Source: Octopus sinensis (lineage: Eukaryota). Taken from it: a DNA stretch of 64,000 bases. Every line of letters starts with the position of its first letter. Within the stretch, counting starts at the first letter, position 1. The notes beneath the pieces were generated by a model. The model saw only the letters and a list, made by a program, of their open reading frames with translations, did no database searches and was not told the DNA's origin. This document shows, piece after piece, positions 1 through 12,384 of the stretch. The DNA is taken from NCBI RefSeq assembly GCF_006345805.1, contig NC_043014.1, forward strand, positions 51,398,001 through 51,462,000. The letters are read 5' to 3'. The translations under genes were made by a program, and so were the position numbers.

Positions 1-425
1 AATGAAATTCTTGGAAGATAATAGGGACTCGTTGGACGTAACTAAAATTATATTAAAAAAAATCTTATTCTTTTTTTAAGACAGAAGTCTTTCTTCGGGC
101 AAATGTGTATCTGTCCAATGTAAGGGACGTACAAATAGATTCAATAAACCTCTTGAATTCAAAGAATCTATGACTTTATTCCTTTCAAATAAAGGGGATA
201 GCGTCGCCGTAAATGAATATATTATGCGGTAATTGGTTAAAAAAGTTCCCCGACCTCTGCTATACATCATAAATACTTTGTCTCTATATCCAATACCTTT
301 GTGGATATGAATATGAGAATCAGCAGAATTTCTTTTAATCCGCTGTTGTGAGGTCCTCAGCAAGTGTCTAAGCATTCCACAGAGTAACATGCCCTTTACA
401 AAGCTCTCTGCACGATACGACACGT
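1..425 (-). pseudogene. Decayed Penelope-like element ORF fragment (RT C-terminus/linker)
   Basis: Minus frame reads SFVKGMLLCGMLRHLL...HKGIGYRDKVF...RGRGTFLTN and, after a stop, KKNKIFFNIILVTSNESLLSSKN. By eye this resembles the PLE RT thumb (S..KGM.LRA.RIC...LGYP..F) and linker. It lies on the same strand as the adjacent HHR element at 478-675. Not confirmed by alignment. Confidence 0.45.
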
Positions 426-477
426 GTAGTGTAATTATATGTGTGGGCGTGCGTGTGAATATATATATATATATATA

Positions 478-675
478 ACGAGAAGGTTTACGAAAATAAA
501 CAAAAGACGAAGGCAGGTGGAGTACAAACAAACAAATGTATTAGTATAGGGCTCAAGAATAGAAATAGAAAAAAGTCTTTTACGTTTCGAGCCTAGGCTC
601 TTCGACAGAAAGATACACAGAAAAAAAACAAGGAGAGAAGTAATGCGTGTAGGAGCTAACGATCCTTCATGGCGT
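478..675 (-). mobile_element. Short dispersed repeat family F (PLE pLTR-like, HHR-bearing)
   Basis: Reverse complement aligns over about 200 bp with 34462-34650 and 36715-36870. Ends at a (TA)n tract. Confidence 0.75.
576..613 (-). ncRNA. Minimal type I hammerhead-like motif, A6U core
   Basis: Minus strand: UCUUU-CUGUCGA-A-GAGC(CUAG)GCUC-GAAA-CG-UA-AAAGA, giving a 5-bp helix I, 4-bp helix II and palindromic ACGU helix III. Confidence 0.6.
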
Positions 676-1039
676 CCTGACTTCGGACAGTGGTCAGACG
701 CGAGAAGGACAGTAGGGGAGATAACAGGGTCAAGTGACTTCCAAAACGAAGGTGCCCCCAACACAAAGGTGCGTGTGTGTATAACATAGTATGTATGTGC
801 GCGTAATATTTGTAACGTACATACATACATACATATACGAGATGGTACAATCTTTAGCAACCCTGGCAAAAAGCTTATCAGTATTTTGTCCCTCTTTACC
901 TTCTGATTTCAAGTTGTGTCAAGGTGGACTTCAACTTTCATACTTTCGTGGTTGGTAAATTAAGTAGCAGTGAAATACTGGGGTCTATGTAATAGACTTT
1001 TGTAGAAAGTATCATTATTATTATTACTATTATTATTAA

Positions 1040-1240
1040 ATCGGCCAGCTAGCTGGATCAGAGAAAATGCTTAGCGATATTTCATCTGTCAATACATTCT
1101 GTGTTCAAATTCCGCTGAGGACGATTCTGTCATTGACTCCTTCGAGGTCGATGAAATAAATATCAGTTTTGCACTGGGGTCTATGCAGTCGACTATCCCC
1201 TCCCCTCAAAATGTCAGGCCTTGAGCCAAAATTTGAAATT
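1040..1240 (+). mobile_element. SINE family A, degenerate
   Basis: aaatgcttagcg...gttcaaattccgc...ggggtc...aaaatgtcaggccttgagccaaaatttgaa; homologous to 2877-3091 but with the alternative tail. Confidence 0.7.
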
Positions 1241-1583
1241 ATTGTAATTAGCTATAGCTGAAACATTTTAGTAGTCCCAATCGTATTATTTTTCGTTTCC
1301 CAGTTTGCCTATCATTGGATATCCAATTCAGATTTTCTCTATCCTGTTGTTTCTTTCTGTGTCTTCGTTTTTATTTCATTTTTTTTTTTTGTTTTATGTT
1401 AATTGTCCCCCCCCCTCTCTCTCTTGCTTGGTCGGCCTTTGTCTATAGACATACGAACAATCAATGCTATAAATAGACAAACACGCATGCGTGAACTGGT
1501 ATATATAAATACGTACACACATAAAAACATTTTTCAACGCGTATGCGTACATATATCTTTCTCTTATTTTATCTTATCGCATG

Positions 1584-1626
<43 letters not shown>

Positions 1627-2564
1627 CTAACCGTTGTTTTTGCCTATCTGTGTATATATACACACACACACGCGCGCAAGGGCCCACACGCGTACATGTA
1701 TTCATTGATTTATAGGCATACGCTCGCACATATAACGATGTGGGTTTGTGTGTGTTAGCTTGTAAACCGCATCACAACAGCTGCATCTCGAGACAAGATA
1801 TCCAGATAGATCAGAGGGTTTTTATTATCCAAGCGGAAATGTAAACAGGGATTGCGTTTGCCAACATGTATGAAAGGGTCAGGAATTTGTGACCCTCAAA
1901 TGTGTAGAGGAGAGATATGTTTCTGCAGATAATTTTGAGCTATTTCAGAAAACATTAAATTTATTACACAATTTCTTTCTTTTTCTCGTTCTCTCTTTCT
2001 GGATATGTGTGTTTGTGTATAGATATATGTATAGATATACATGTATATATCTATATCTATCTATCTATCTATCTCTCTCTATATATATATATGAGGGCGG
2101 GGAGATCGTGAAGTAGAGATTATAATAGAATATGAAAGAGGAAAAGTATGAGAGATAAACACAAGGAATGGTGAGAGGAAGATTATTATTAGGCACATAT
2201 GTTCAAAGATACAGTCTGTCCATTGCTTACATATACTTAATATTAAAGTGTGAAAAACAACAAACATACTCCCGTGCTCACTCGATGACAAACAACAGCT
2301 GTCTACACCTATCTCTCTGTCTATCTCATCCCCCCTTCTCTCTCTCTATCTCTCTGTCTATCTAGCTGTCTATCTTCTTGTCTGTGTGTCTATCTGTTCG
2401 TCTATGTCTGTCTGTCTATTATGTTTCTCTGTTTCTCCCTCCGCACCCGCTTTCTCTCTCTGTGTACGCATGTTCCCAGATGGTCAAAATATCCATCGCC
2501 AAATACTTTCACCCATGAGCATTAAGACGTATATGCATATATATAATCTTTTTCTTTTTGCGAT

Positions 2565-2690
2565 TCTCCTGAGTGGACGGTAGCTTTGTGAAATAAAGTG
2601 TCTTGCTCAAGGTTTTCAAGGCACCGAGGGGATTAGGAACTCAGAGCTTACGATGGGGAACAGAATACACTAAATAGTAAGCCGCCAGGC
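2565..2690 (-). mobile_element. CORE-like SINE (family B/E), degenerate
   Basis: tgaaataaagtgtcttgctcaagg is the reverse complement of the central domain seen at 4670-4720. Confidence 0.6.
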
Positions 2691-2876
2691 GACTTCACTT
2701 CCGAAATCATAAGATAACTAGCATGACATTTATCAGATCGCACAACGTTGCCAATAGAAAGAACGCCATTTTAAAACATTATTTGAATGGGCGTCAATGG
2801 AGGGAGAAGAACAAGAGAGTAAGGCTGAAAAGTACATGGCGAAGAACGTTCATAAATGGTATAAGAGAGAAAAAAA

Positions 2877-3091
2877 GCGGTGAGCTGGCAGAAACATTAG
2901 CACGCCGGGCGAAATGCTTAGCGGTATTTCGTCTGCCGTTACGTTCTGAGTTCAAATTCCGCCAAGGTCGACTTTGCCTTTCATCCTTTCGGGGTCGATT
3001 AAATAAGTACGAGTTACGATTTGATCCGTTTGTGTGTCCTTGTTTGTCCTCTCTGTGTTTAGCCCCTTGTGGGTAGTAATGAAATAGGTAT
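2877..3091 (+). mobile_element. tRNA-derived SINE family A
   Basis: A-box-like tggcagaaacattag, B-box-like gagttcaaattcc, central gactttgcctttcatcctttcggggtcgat, tail agccccttgtgggtagtaatgaaat. More than 10 homologues in the window. Confidence 0.9.
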
Positions 3092-3440
3092 AAGAGAGAA
3101 AGAAAGAGAGAGGGAGAGAGAGAAAATAGAGAGAAAAAGAGAAAGAAAGAGGGAGAGAAAAGAGAGATAAAGAGTGAGATGGAGAGAGAAAGAAAGAAAG
3201 AAAGGAAGGAAGAAGGAGGCCAATATCAGAAATCAGGGTGAAGAGAAAACTGCAGCCAACCGAAACCACTGAAGCTAACTCCCTTATATCTAGGGTGTCT
3301 GCGAACAGAGTTGTAACTGAGATACAATTATGTCCTAAGATGCAACAATCACAAATATAAGACGAATATTTCAGACGGCGAACTGGCAAAAATATTTGCA
3401 TCTCGGGAAGAAAAAAGCTCAACGGTTTCTCACCTGTCTT

Positions 3441-3598
3441 CGTGTTCTGAGTTCAAACTCCGCCGAGATTGACTTTGCCTGTCATTCTTACGGGGTCAAT
3501 AAAATAGATACAAGTTGTGTACCTGCGGTCGATGAAAATTAACTGAACTCCGCCACCCAACGAAGCTACAGGTCTTGTCTCAAAATTCGAAACCAATA
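3441..3598 (+). mobile_element. SINE family A, 5'-truncated
   Basis: gttctgagttcaaactccgccgagattgactttgcctgtcattcttacggggtcaat, followed by the alternative tail. Confidence 0.75.
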
Positions 3599-4319
3599 TA
3601 ATGCGAAATTTCGTATCTGTGAATTTATTAAACTCTCGGGGCACCTTTCCGATGTTGCATCTACAAATATTAATTCAGTATGGAAGCCACTGTTCATTTT
3701 CTATTAATTCATCAAGTAATTAAATAATTAATAACTAATTTGTGTTAATTAAATCTGCAATTAACTAGCTGTACATTTAATTATTAAGACTAATCTCTTA
3801 GTGTAGCACAACATAGAGATACATTTGAATTTAATTCACACTTTAGAAGAGACAAGATGAAGTTACATATGAAAGTCTGATCTAAATTAAATCTACGTGG
3901 AGTTAGACAGGGCCACCACACATTAGTAAAGGTCTTCCTCTCTCGTCCCTCTCTCTCTCTCTGTCTCTTACACATTGGCCAAAATATCCAATGAGACAAA
4001 TACTGCAATGCAATTAAAGGAAAAACCAGTGGGGAAAAAATTGGCAGTAAGAATGTTTTAAACAATACAAATGTTAGAAATAACGAACCTTCGTGTAGTT
4101 ACCTTTTGGCAAAGAAGACATTACTGGCAATATCAGGGCCCCAACTACAACAGGAACAACACTACCTCAAGTACTAACATTAAAATTGCAGCCAACACCA
4201 CAAACATGTATATAAATTAAGATTAACAACAGCAGTATTATCATATTAATTAATTTTAGATCATTAGTGGAGTGTAGGTTAAAGATTAGTGTTGATACTC
4301 GTTTTTAACTATGAGCAAA

Positions 4320-4470
4320 ATATCTGAAATTTGGCAGGAATGGGTTAGTTGAGTATATCGACCCTAGTATTTGACTGGTATTTGACATTTATCATTCCAG
4401 GATCGACAGCAGTGGGATTTGAACTCAGAACGTGAAGTCGGAAGAAATTCTGCTTCGATTTTCGCTTAAG
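4320..4470 (-). mobile_element. SINE family A, degenerate
   Basis: atcgaccctagt...gggatttgaactcagaacgt matches the family A reverse complement. Confidence 0.6.
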
Positions 4471-4589
4471 ATCTAATGTGTGTAGTCATCTCGACGCTTT
4501 GAATCTTGTTCATCATATATATATATAAAACACACACACACGCACACATATATATAATGGACAAGATTCAAAGTATATGTATATATATT

Positions 4590-4890
4590 GAAGGTGCATG
4601 GCTCAGTGGCTAGAGCGTCGAGCTTACGATCGTGAAGTTGTTAATTCGAATCCCGGGCCGGGCTGCGTATTGTGTTCTTGAGCAAGACACTTTATTTCAC
4701 GTTGCTCCTATTCACTCAGCTGCAGAAATGAGTTGCGACATCACGGGTGCCGAGCTGTATCGGCCCTTGCCTTTCCCTTGGACAACATCGGTGACGTGGA
4801 GAGGGGAGGCCGGTATGCATGGGCGACTGCTGGTCTTCCATAAACAACCTTGCTCGGACTTGTGCATGGGAGGGTAACTTTCAAGGTCAT
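4590..4890 (+). mobile_element. tRNA-derived CORE-like SINE (family B)
   Basis: A box tggctcagtggctag, B box ttcgaatccc, CORE-like tgtgttcttgagcaagacactttatttcac, and a tail distinct from family E. Possibly an octopus OR-type SINE (inference). Confidence 0.85.
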
Positions 4891-4910
4891 GACGAAAGAG
4901 GGTCTCAACA

Positions 4911-4942
<32 letters not shown>

Positions 4943-4967
4943 TTGATTTGATTATTTGATCATAACG

Positions 4968-5085
4968 TAGCGGTTCGGTAAAAGAAATCGATAGGATAAA
5001 TGCCAGACTTGAAAAAGTTCAATATTGGGTCAATTGTTTCGTGTAAGTTCCAGCGTGGGCGCCGTCAAATGACTGAAACAAATAA
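4968..5085 (+). mobile_element. SINE-like family D, degenerate
   Basis: gtagcggttcggtaaaagaaatcgatagg...gtcaaatgactgaaacaaat; homologous to 28835-29020. Confidence 0.6.
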
Positions 5086-5671
5086 CATATAAAAGGCATC
5101 TGCGTGCACAGAGTGATATTATAAATGGATATCCACTTAGCCAACGGATTATCTTGAAACGAAAAATAAACACACACACATAGTTACACAGACAAACACA
5201 CGTAAAGAAGGAGAGAGAGAGAGAGAGAGAGAGAGATTAAGGAAGAAGGAAGAAATAGAAATGAAGAGTAATGTAATGTGGTGGAGTATGGCACAACTTC
5301 TATGTAACCTCTGTCAAAGAAATGGAAAGAAACAAAACAGGAGATAAAAATGAAAATGGCGTTTCATATCTATATCTATCTATATATATATATCTATATA
5401 TATATATATATATATATAGATAGATAGATATGCGTGTGTGTGTTAAGTATGAAAGATCTATGTACAAGAATTCATTGGAGCGTAATCTACAAATCGCCTT
5501 ATTGCTGGGTAATTTCTTAAATCATTTAGAAATTCATAGACAAGAAAATAAGACATAAAAATTATTTCCGTGTATGTGCGTCGTTATTTCAGTGTATCTC
5601 TGTGTAGGTGTCTGCGCCGGCATATACGAACACATTTTCAAAGTATAGTACGTGTATGAGTGTGTGTATGC

Positions 5672-5710
<39 letters not shown>

Positions 5711-6126
5711 CACTAATGATATAAGTAAGTTTGTAATTTAAACTGACAAGTATAGTTTCGTTAGATTTGCTGGAGTTTTGTTTATTGTTACAATGAAGCA
5801 ATAATTGTGTGTTTTACATAACGCGTAGCTCCTAAGCCTAAACATCTATTTATTTATAGTCTCTCTTTTTATGTACACGCACATACACACACGTATGTAT
5901 CCACCCTCTGGCACTATAAAAATATGCAAGTGTGACTTAAGTGCTTGATTGATAGACTTGGGAACGTCGGGACGTCAGGCAATTAAACACCATCACGTCG
6001 TGAGACCATCACCTTGTAAGCATTTGGGCCATGCTTCCGTTCAAAAGAGTCTTCATATGTATATGTCTATATATACATTTATATATACACGCACACACAC
6101 ACAAACACCCACACCAGTTTGTGTCA

Positions 6127-6525
6127 TACAATGTATGATCAAAAGGTGTCGAAAATCCGTCTATGGCAACGGAGTTGAAGTATACTTCCAAGATAGCTTT
6201 CTCAGTGTTATAGCTTTTTATATATATTCGACGTTGAATTTTGATCCCACTATCTGAATTTCTACCTCCTTCTTTAAGATGCTCCACTTTCTCTCTCTTC
6301 ACACACACGCGCACACACACACACACACACACACACATATTCGCCATGTTGGACCGCTGAACTCTACAAGTATTTTCATTCTCTCTGTTCATTTCCTCTT
6401 ATTCCTTTTTGTTTATTTCCCCTTCCTCTCTGATGAAGAGCTGTAGACTCGAAATATAAAGAAGGCTTTCTTTATATTTCCATTACCATAGCGAGAGTCT
6501 CGACAACTTTTGATCAAGCATTGCA
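6127..6525. mobile_element. Tc1/mariner-type MITE-like unit bounded by diverged inverted repeats
   Basis: 6127-6173 versus the reverse complement of 6479-6525 match at 36/47 nt, sharing a TGATCAAAAG..GTCGA core. Confidence 0.5.
6421..6465 (+). ncRNA. Hammerhead-like motif with canonical CUGAUGA core
   Basis: CUGAUGA-A-GAG(CUGUAGA)CUC-GAAA-UA-UA. Helix I is imperfect (ccttc 6421-6425 pairs with gaagg 6461-6465 beyond a bulge). Confidence 0.5.
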
Positions 6526-7099
6526 TGACATAGATTATATATATATATGTACTGTGTGTGTACATGTTTATATAATGAATGTGTACATGTTTATGTAAGT
6601 ATATGTGTGTCGTATAAAACACTTACATATTTTATCGATGTATAAGTTCATTGATTAATTAGGTTATCTCATTGGCACAGAAATTGGATAACGTCAGCTC
6701 CGAAATTGTCGGAAACATTTAACAAATCACAAATCCGAGATGCAAACATAAGAGATACAAAGATAAACTTATGAATGGATTCTTCAAAGATACTATTTAT
6801 GAAATTCTCTTAAACCTGGAATTGGTTAAAAATGGGTTATCGGTAAAAAACATTCCCCAGATTAACGAGAAGACGTCTCAAAAAGTGTACATCAATGTAT
6901 CGAACGAGGATTTCTTACACGTGCTAGTTGTATGCATGTGTTTTTGTTTAAATGTTTGTGTGAGTGTGAGTGTGAGGATATATATACATACATATATATA
7001 TATACCCGCACACAATAATTCCTCGCCTATCGCGGGTGTTACGTACCAAGAGACCCCGCAAATAACTGAAAATCCATGAAGTAGAAACAGTACTGTACT

Positions 7100-7154
<55 letters not shown>

Positions 7155-7161
<7 letters not shown>

Positions 7162-7413
7162 ATTAGAGACAAAACCACAATTAGGCAAATCAAACAGTGA
7201 AAATCATAAATCGATACATAGAAATAAAATTAATTAATAAAAAATATATAAAATTCAAAACTTAAATTATTTAAATTAAACTTTAATTTAAATATTTTAA
7301 ATTTGAATTTTATATTTTATATATTTTTTTATTAATAATTTTATTTGTATGTTTTGGTTTATGTTTTTCACTGTTTGATTTGCCTAATAGTGGTTTTATC
7401 TCTAATTTAATAT
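7155..7413. repeat. 259-bp AT-rich foldback palindrome
   Basis: Outer arms 7155-7210 and 7358-7413 match at 53/56 as inverted repeats. Symmetry continues imperfectly to a centre near 7281. One arm recurs at 11993-12070. Confidence 0.85.
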
Positions 7414-7674
7414 AATATATATATATATATATTTATACTATAAAATTAGATTTAATCCTAAATCTAATTTTTCCCTGTAAGTTTGGATTTACTCCCTAAT
7501 ATTATATAAATATATATATATATATTATGTTTATAATTTGCATATATTTATTTTATTATAAATGCAAAACAACCCCACGGAGGAATCGAGGTAAGCTTAA
7601 ATAATAAACCGTATATATATATTATGTTATGTTTTGAGAGTATGTGGATGCTTGTCTGTGTGTGTTTTGTTTAT

Positions 7675-7830
7675 GGTCATGTAACGTAAAGGGTTCGGCG
7701 GAGAGAACCCCTTACGATAGAATAAGTATCAGGCTGAAAAAATATAAGTGCTGGGAGACAAGTTGTTCCACTAAACTCTCCAAGGCGATGCTCCAGCGTG
7801 GTCCCGTAGTCCAATAACTGGAACGAGAAA
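7675..7830 (+). mobile_element. SINE-like family D
   Basis: ggttcggcggagagaaccc...gatagaataagt...aaggcgatgctccagcgtgg. Confidence 0.65.
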
Positions 7831-8916
7831 ATATATTTATATATATTTATATGTATATATATGTATACATACATACGTATGTATATGTATGTATGTATGT
7901 ATATATATATGTATGTATGTATATATATATATATATATATATATGAAAGTATGCATATGTATGTATGTATATGTATGGATATATATGTATATATGCAAAT
8001 ATATGTATGTATGTATGTATATATATATATATATATTATATATGAGTATGTATGTAAAGCTGAATTTTATAAGCTGTCAAAGATATCTGTGGATGTCTGA
8101 ATAAGCAGATTTAATATATATCTCGATAGTCAGGAGGTCGCATAACTGATCTCCAATATTTATCATGATTGAGCGAAAAACCTATCAAATTAAATGATTC
8201 AGCTTTGATGTAGAAATTACAGTCGTAAAATCTAATATGGTACTTGAGATAGTGGTTTCTGTTAATTGTGTGGGTATATTCATAGCGCTATTTATATTAG
8301 CCAGAATATCGATATATATATATATATATGTTGATATGTATGTGGATATGTTTATGTGTAACTATGTACGGTTGTGTGTTTGTGTTCTCCTTTCTTTTAG
8401 CGGTTATTTCTTATGTAAGGAGAGATAGAGAAAGAATGCAATGAAAATAAATAACAATTATTTACACTGATATAAACGTACACAAATACTCAATTAAAAA
8501 CGCATAGTTATATGCACGCAGAAACACATACACATATATACACCAATATGCATGTGCGTGCATTTATGCATGCATATATAAATATATAGATAACATATTT
8601 AATATATAGTGTGTTTGTGTGTAATATACGTATACTATACATACTGACATATATATATATATATACGTATATATGTATATGCATATATACATAATATATT
8701 TATATGTATATATAAATATATATATACATTTATATATATAATTATATATAGTTATACATATATTTATACATATATATATACATTATATATATATAATAAT
8801 ATATATATATATATACATTATATATATAATTATATATATATATACATTTATATATATAATATATATATTTATACATTTATTATATATAATTATATATATT
8901 TATACATACATATACG

Positions 8917-8948
<32 letters not shown>

Positions 8949-10224
8949 ATAATTCATACGTAGTATTTATATATATATATAACACTTATTGGCGTATATG
9001 AATATATTATATAATACATATCTATAATATATATCTACGACATATATATATATACGGATGTATATCTATTTCATGCATATGTGTATATGTGTGTTTGTGT
9101 GTGTGTGTGTGTGCTTGTCTAATGCGCATACAAACATCCTTGGCTTGTTTCTATTGAAATATACTTATCTTTTAATTTGTCTTCCGTCTGTGCTCAATTT
9201 TATACTAATGAATGTGTTTGAGCAAACTGAACGAGCGTATATTAATACTGTAAACGATGTTCATTGGACACCATTTAGAGTCAATGGACCATCAACGCAA
9301 TTGATAGCAATGTGTTGTCTGTTAGATCAAATTATGTTTACTTTCATATCTCGTTTATAATGTGTCCACGAAAGTCATCTCATCCACAATCTCCGAAACG
9401 GACACACGCATATATGTACATACTATACGTATACTTTCTCTCTCTCTCACACACACACGCACAAACACAAACAAACAAACATAGACTTGTATGTAAATAT
9501 GTGTTCGTGTGTGTGTGTACTTTCATATATGTATAAAGTGAACAATATTACTTTTTATATTCTATACAAAACTTAATATTCAACATTTGATATCGTTTTT
9601 GTAAGAAAACGGATACCAATATAACCCGGCGCTTACAACACACACACACAGGTAGGCAAAATAGATGAATGCACGACATCTCCCTCTCTCTCCTTCTTGC
9701 TGTCTCTCTGTCTGTCCATCTGTCTGTCTATCTCTCTATTTAAAATTCCTGTTTGGGACGATGGATCTCGAAGCAAAAGTTATAAATGATGGCTTGTAAA
9801 TATTAGGTTTACACAATCCTTTTGGTAGAATACGTCTAAAACTGCTCTTGGGACTTACGGGTATACATATATATTTGTGTGTGTGAGTGTGTGTATAAAT
9901 ATATGTATACTCACACACATTCTTGCAAATAAATATATATACAGACATTTACATACATAATGAATATATAATTACTCATATACGGTTGTAAGTGTATTTC
10001 ATCGATGTAAGGTATAGGTTCGTACTTACAACTGTTTTAGTTACGAGCTAGGCATCGCCAATTTAGAACTCATCGCCGTACAAAGGATTGATCAATGATG
10101 CCTCTTCTACGAACTTTGATACGAACACCTAATGTTATATAGTTTCTTTTTTTCTTTTTCTTTTTTTTTTGTGCTGAGAAATGGTTTCACTAATCTCTTC
10201 ACTACTCTCCTCACTGGTGTTACA

Positions 10225-10520
10225 CCGACGATTGTTTCAGATGATACGATCAGCGGAACAGCCTGCTCGTAAAATTAACCTCCAAGCTGTTGAGCACTCC
10301 GCAGACACGTGTACGCTTAACGCAGTTTTGAGGGAGATCAAGTCAGCGTGGCACAGAATGTGATAAGGTTAATCGTTTGATATACAAGAACTATCTCATT
10401 CTTGCCAGCTGAATGGACGGAAGCATAGGGAAATAAATTTTTCATGCATGCTCAAGAACACAACCCGCCGCTGTGAATCGAAACTACTATCTTACAACCG
10501 CATGTGCAACATTGCAACCA
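10225..10520 (-). mobile_element. CORE-like SINE family E
   Basis: Tail gatcagcggaacagcctgctcgt...gagcactccgcagacacgtgtac plus CORE-like gctcaagaacacaac; homologous to 63647-63950. Confidence 0.75.
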
Positions 10521-10699
10521 TTAAGCAAAACACATCGATTGTAATATAGTGATACCTCCGAGTACGAGTTTAATTTGCTCCATGACCGAGATCGTCTTAC
10601 GATTTACTTGTTTTACAATTTAATTTTCCCCGTTGAAATTAGCTAAAATATAATTAATCCGTTCCAGTCCACTCAAAGATAATTTTGTATGAATTTTAA

Positions 10700-10943
10700 A
10701 ACAGGAATTACAACCGTGTTTCGTGGTCTGCTACCACAACAGCTCCTTTTTAGGATCCAGTTAGCTTAAGACATCATCAGGAGAAACCACGCCCGGTTTC
10801 GGCCCCTACTCCTCTACCGTTTTGACGTGGCGGTCCTCCCTTTCAGAGGTGTCTCCAGCTCTGGTATTGGGTGCATGTCTTTTTTCTTCTTTCTTCTGTT
10901 CCCTGGCCTCTTCGATGTATCGCCAGCGAGTGTCAACCGGTGA
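10700..10943 (-). pseudogene. Possible Penelope GIY-YIG C-terminal fragment with pLTR remnant
   Basis: 10806-10943 minus reads SPVDTRWRYIEEAREQKKEEKRHAPNTRAGDTSE...*, resembling EA.EIKK..PN.N...G. It is followed by CCGAAACCG, CTGATGA and GTGGT-AGCAG-ACCAC-GAAAC motifs. Confidence 0.3.
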
Positions 10944-11892
10944 CTGACTGACTTGTCAATTTTTTCCCTTTAAATTTGACAAGTCCGAAGGGTTAGCGTT
11001 AGTTTCAAGTAAAACGATAATTATAAAAAAGAGAATGCAAAAAAAAAATTTAATTAGTTTTATTAACTGAATTACCTAATAAATGGGACGATTTGTGTAC
11101 TCGTACTTCGAGACAACAATACTCATAAGTCTCGTCTCGGTTCGTACACAAATTATTCGTACAATGGTGCACTCATTCTGCGAGGTTCTACTGTATATTT
11201 AATATAACTTTTTACGTATTTATTATTGAAATAAATGTCTCATGATACACATTTGATTCCTTTTGAAAGAATATGCAAATTATCCAAGCCATAACTGTGT
11301 TCTACAATTCTGTACTAAATGACCTCTTTCTTCGCTTTCTAGTTTAACCATTTTTCCCCCCTATACATTTTGCTCCAGTTTTTTTTTTTAGCTATCAAAT
11401 TATCCTCCAATTATGCTTTTTTTCCCCTGTCTCTAATGTTCGCACAACATTTACCTTCTGTTGTCACTCAATTTCGTCAGCCCCTTTCTTTCTCCACCTC
11501 TCAATCCCTCGCAGACATCCCTATGAATCCCAACCCCTCTTTAAGTCTCCACTTCTCTTTCCCCTCCTCTGCCTCGCTGCGTCCATATTGGCTCCATTCC
11601 ATTATTAATTCCTCATTTGTTTCGATGCAATCACTGAATAATTAATTCTCTCTTCAAAGGGAAGGCGGTGTAGTTTGCTTTGGTTTGCTGCATTGAGAAT
11701 ACAACAAAATGTTTATTCAATTAGCAAAAACCATAACTGTAGAAAGAAAAAAAAACCAGTTCGCTCCTCAGACACGTGGTACCGAGTTCGATTCCATTAA
11801 TATGTGCATTTCTTCCCCGTCTCTGTCTCTCTTCCTCGTTCCCTTCTTTCTCGCTCCGTAACATATATGTATATATATATATATATATATAT

Positions 11893-12070
11893 AATAAAAT
11901 ATTAGGGAATAAATCCAAACTTACAGGGAAAAATCAGATTTAGGATTAAATCCAATTTTATAGTATAAATATATTATATTATATTATATTATAATAAATT
12001 TGAGATAAAACCACTATTAGGCAAATCAAACAATGAAGAACATAAGCCAATATTTAAAATTAATTTAATT
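11893..12070 (+). mobile_element. Second copy of the 7155-7505 element (one arm plus flank)
   Basis: 11893-11968 is the reverse complement of about 7432-7505, and 11993-12070 matches the foldback arm (aaaaccactattaggcaaatcaaac). Confidence 0.75.
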
Positions 12071-12093
12071 TATATCATTTTATTTTATATATA

Positions 12094-12124
<31 letters not shown>

Positions 12125-12139
12125 AATAAAGTTAATCCA

Positions 12140-12330
12140 AACGAAAAAGGACAAAAAAAAACACAACAACGCGAGGACGTGGAACAACTATAGTATTATT
12201 GGACGCTCAGGAAAGAAGGAAAAAAGGAGGGTTTAACGTTTCGAGCGGAGCTCTTCGTCGGAAACATAGAAGGAAAGATCCAGAGAAGAGAAGACAGAGG
12301 AAAGAAAAATCGCCAACGGTACTCACGAGG
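12140..12330 (-). mobile_element. Family F-related element with HHR-like motif (12231-12265)
   Basis: Minus strand: GUUU-CCGACGA-A-GAGC(UCC)GCUC-GAAA-CG-UU-AAAC. Confidence 0.6.
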
Positions 12331-12384
12331 TTATATGTATATATATATGAGTGTTTGTGTGTGTATAAATTTATATGTCGGTTT

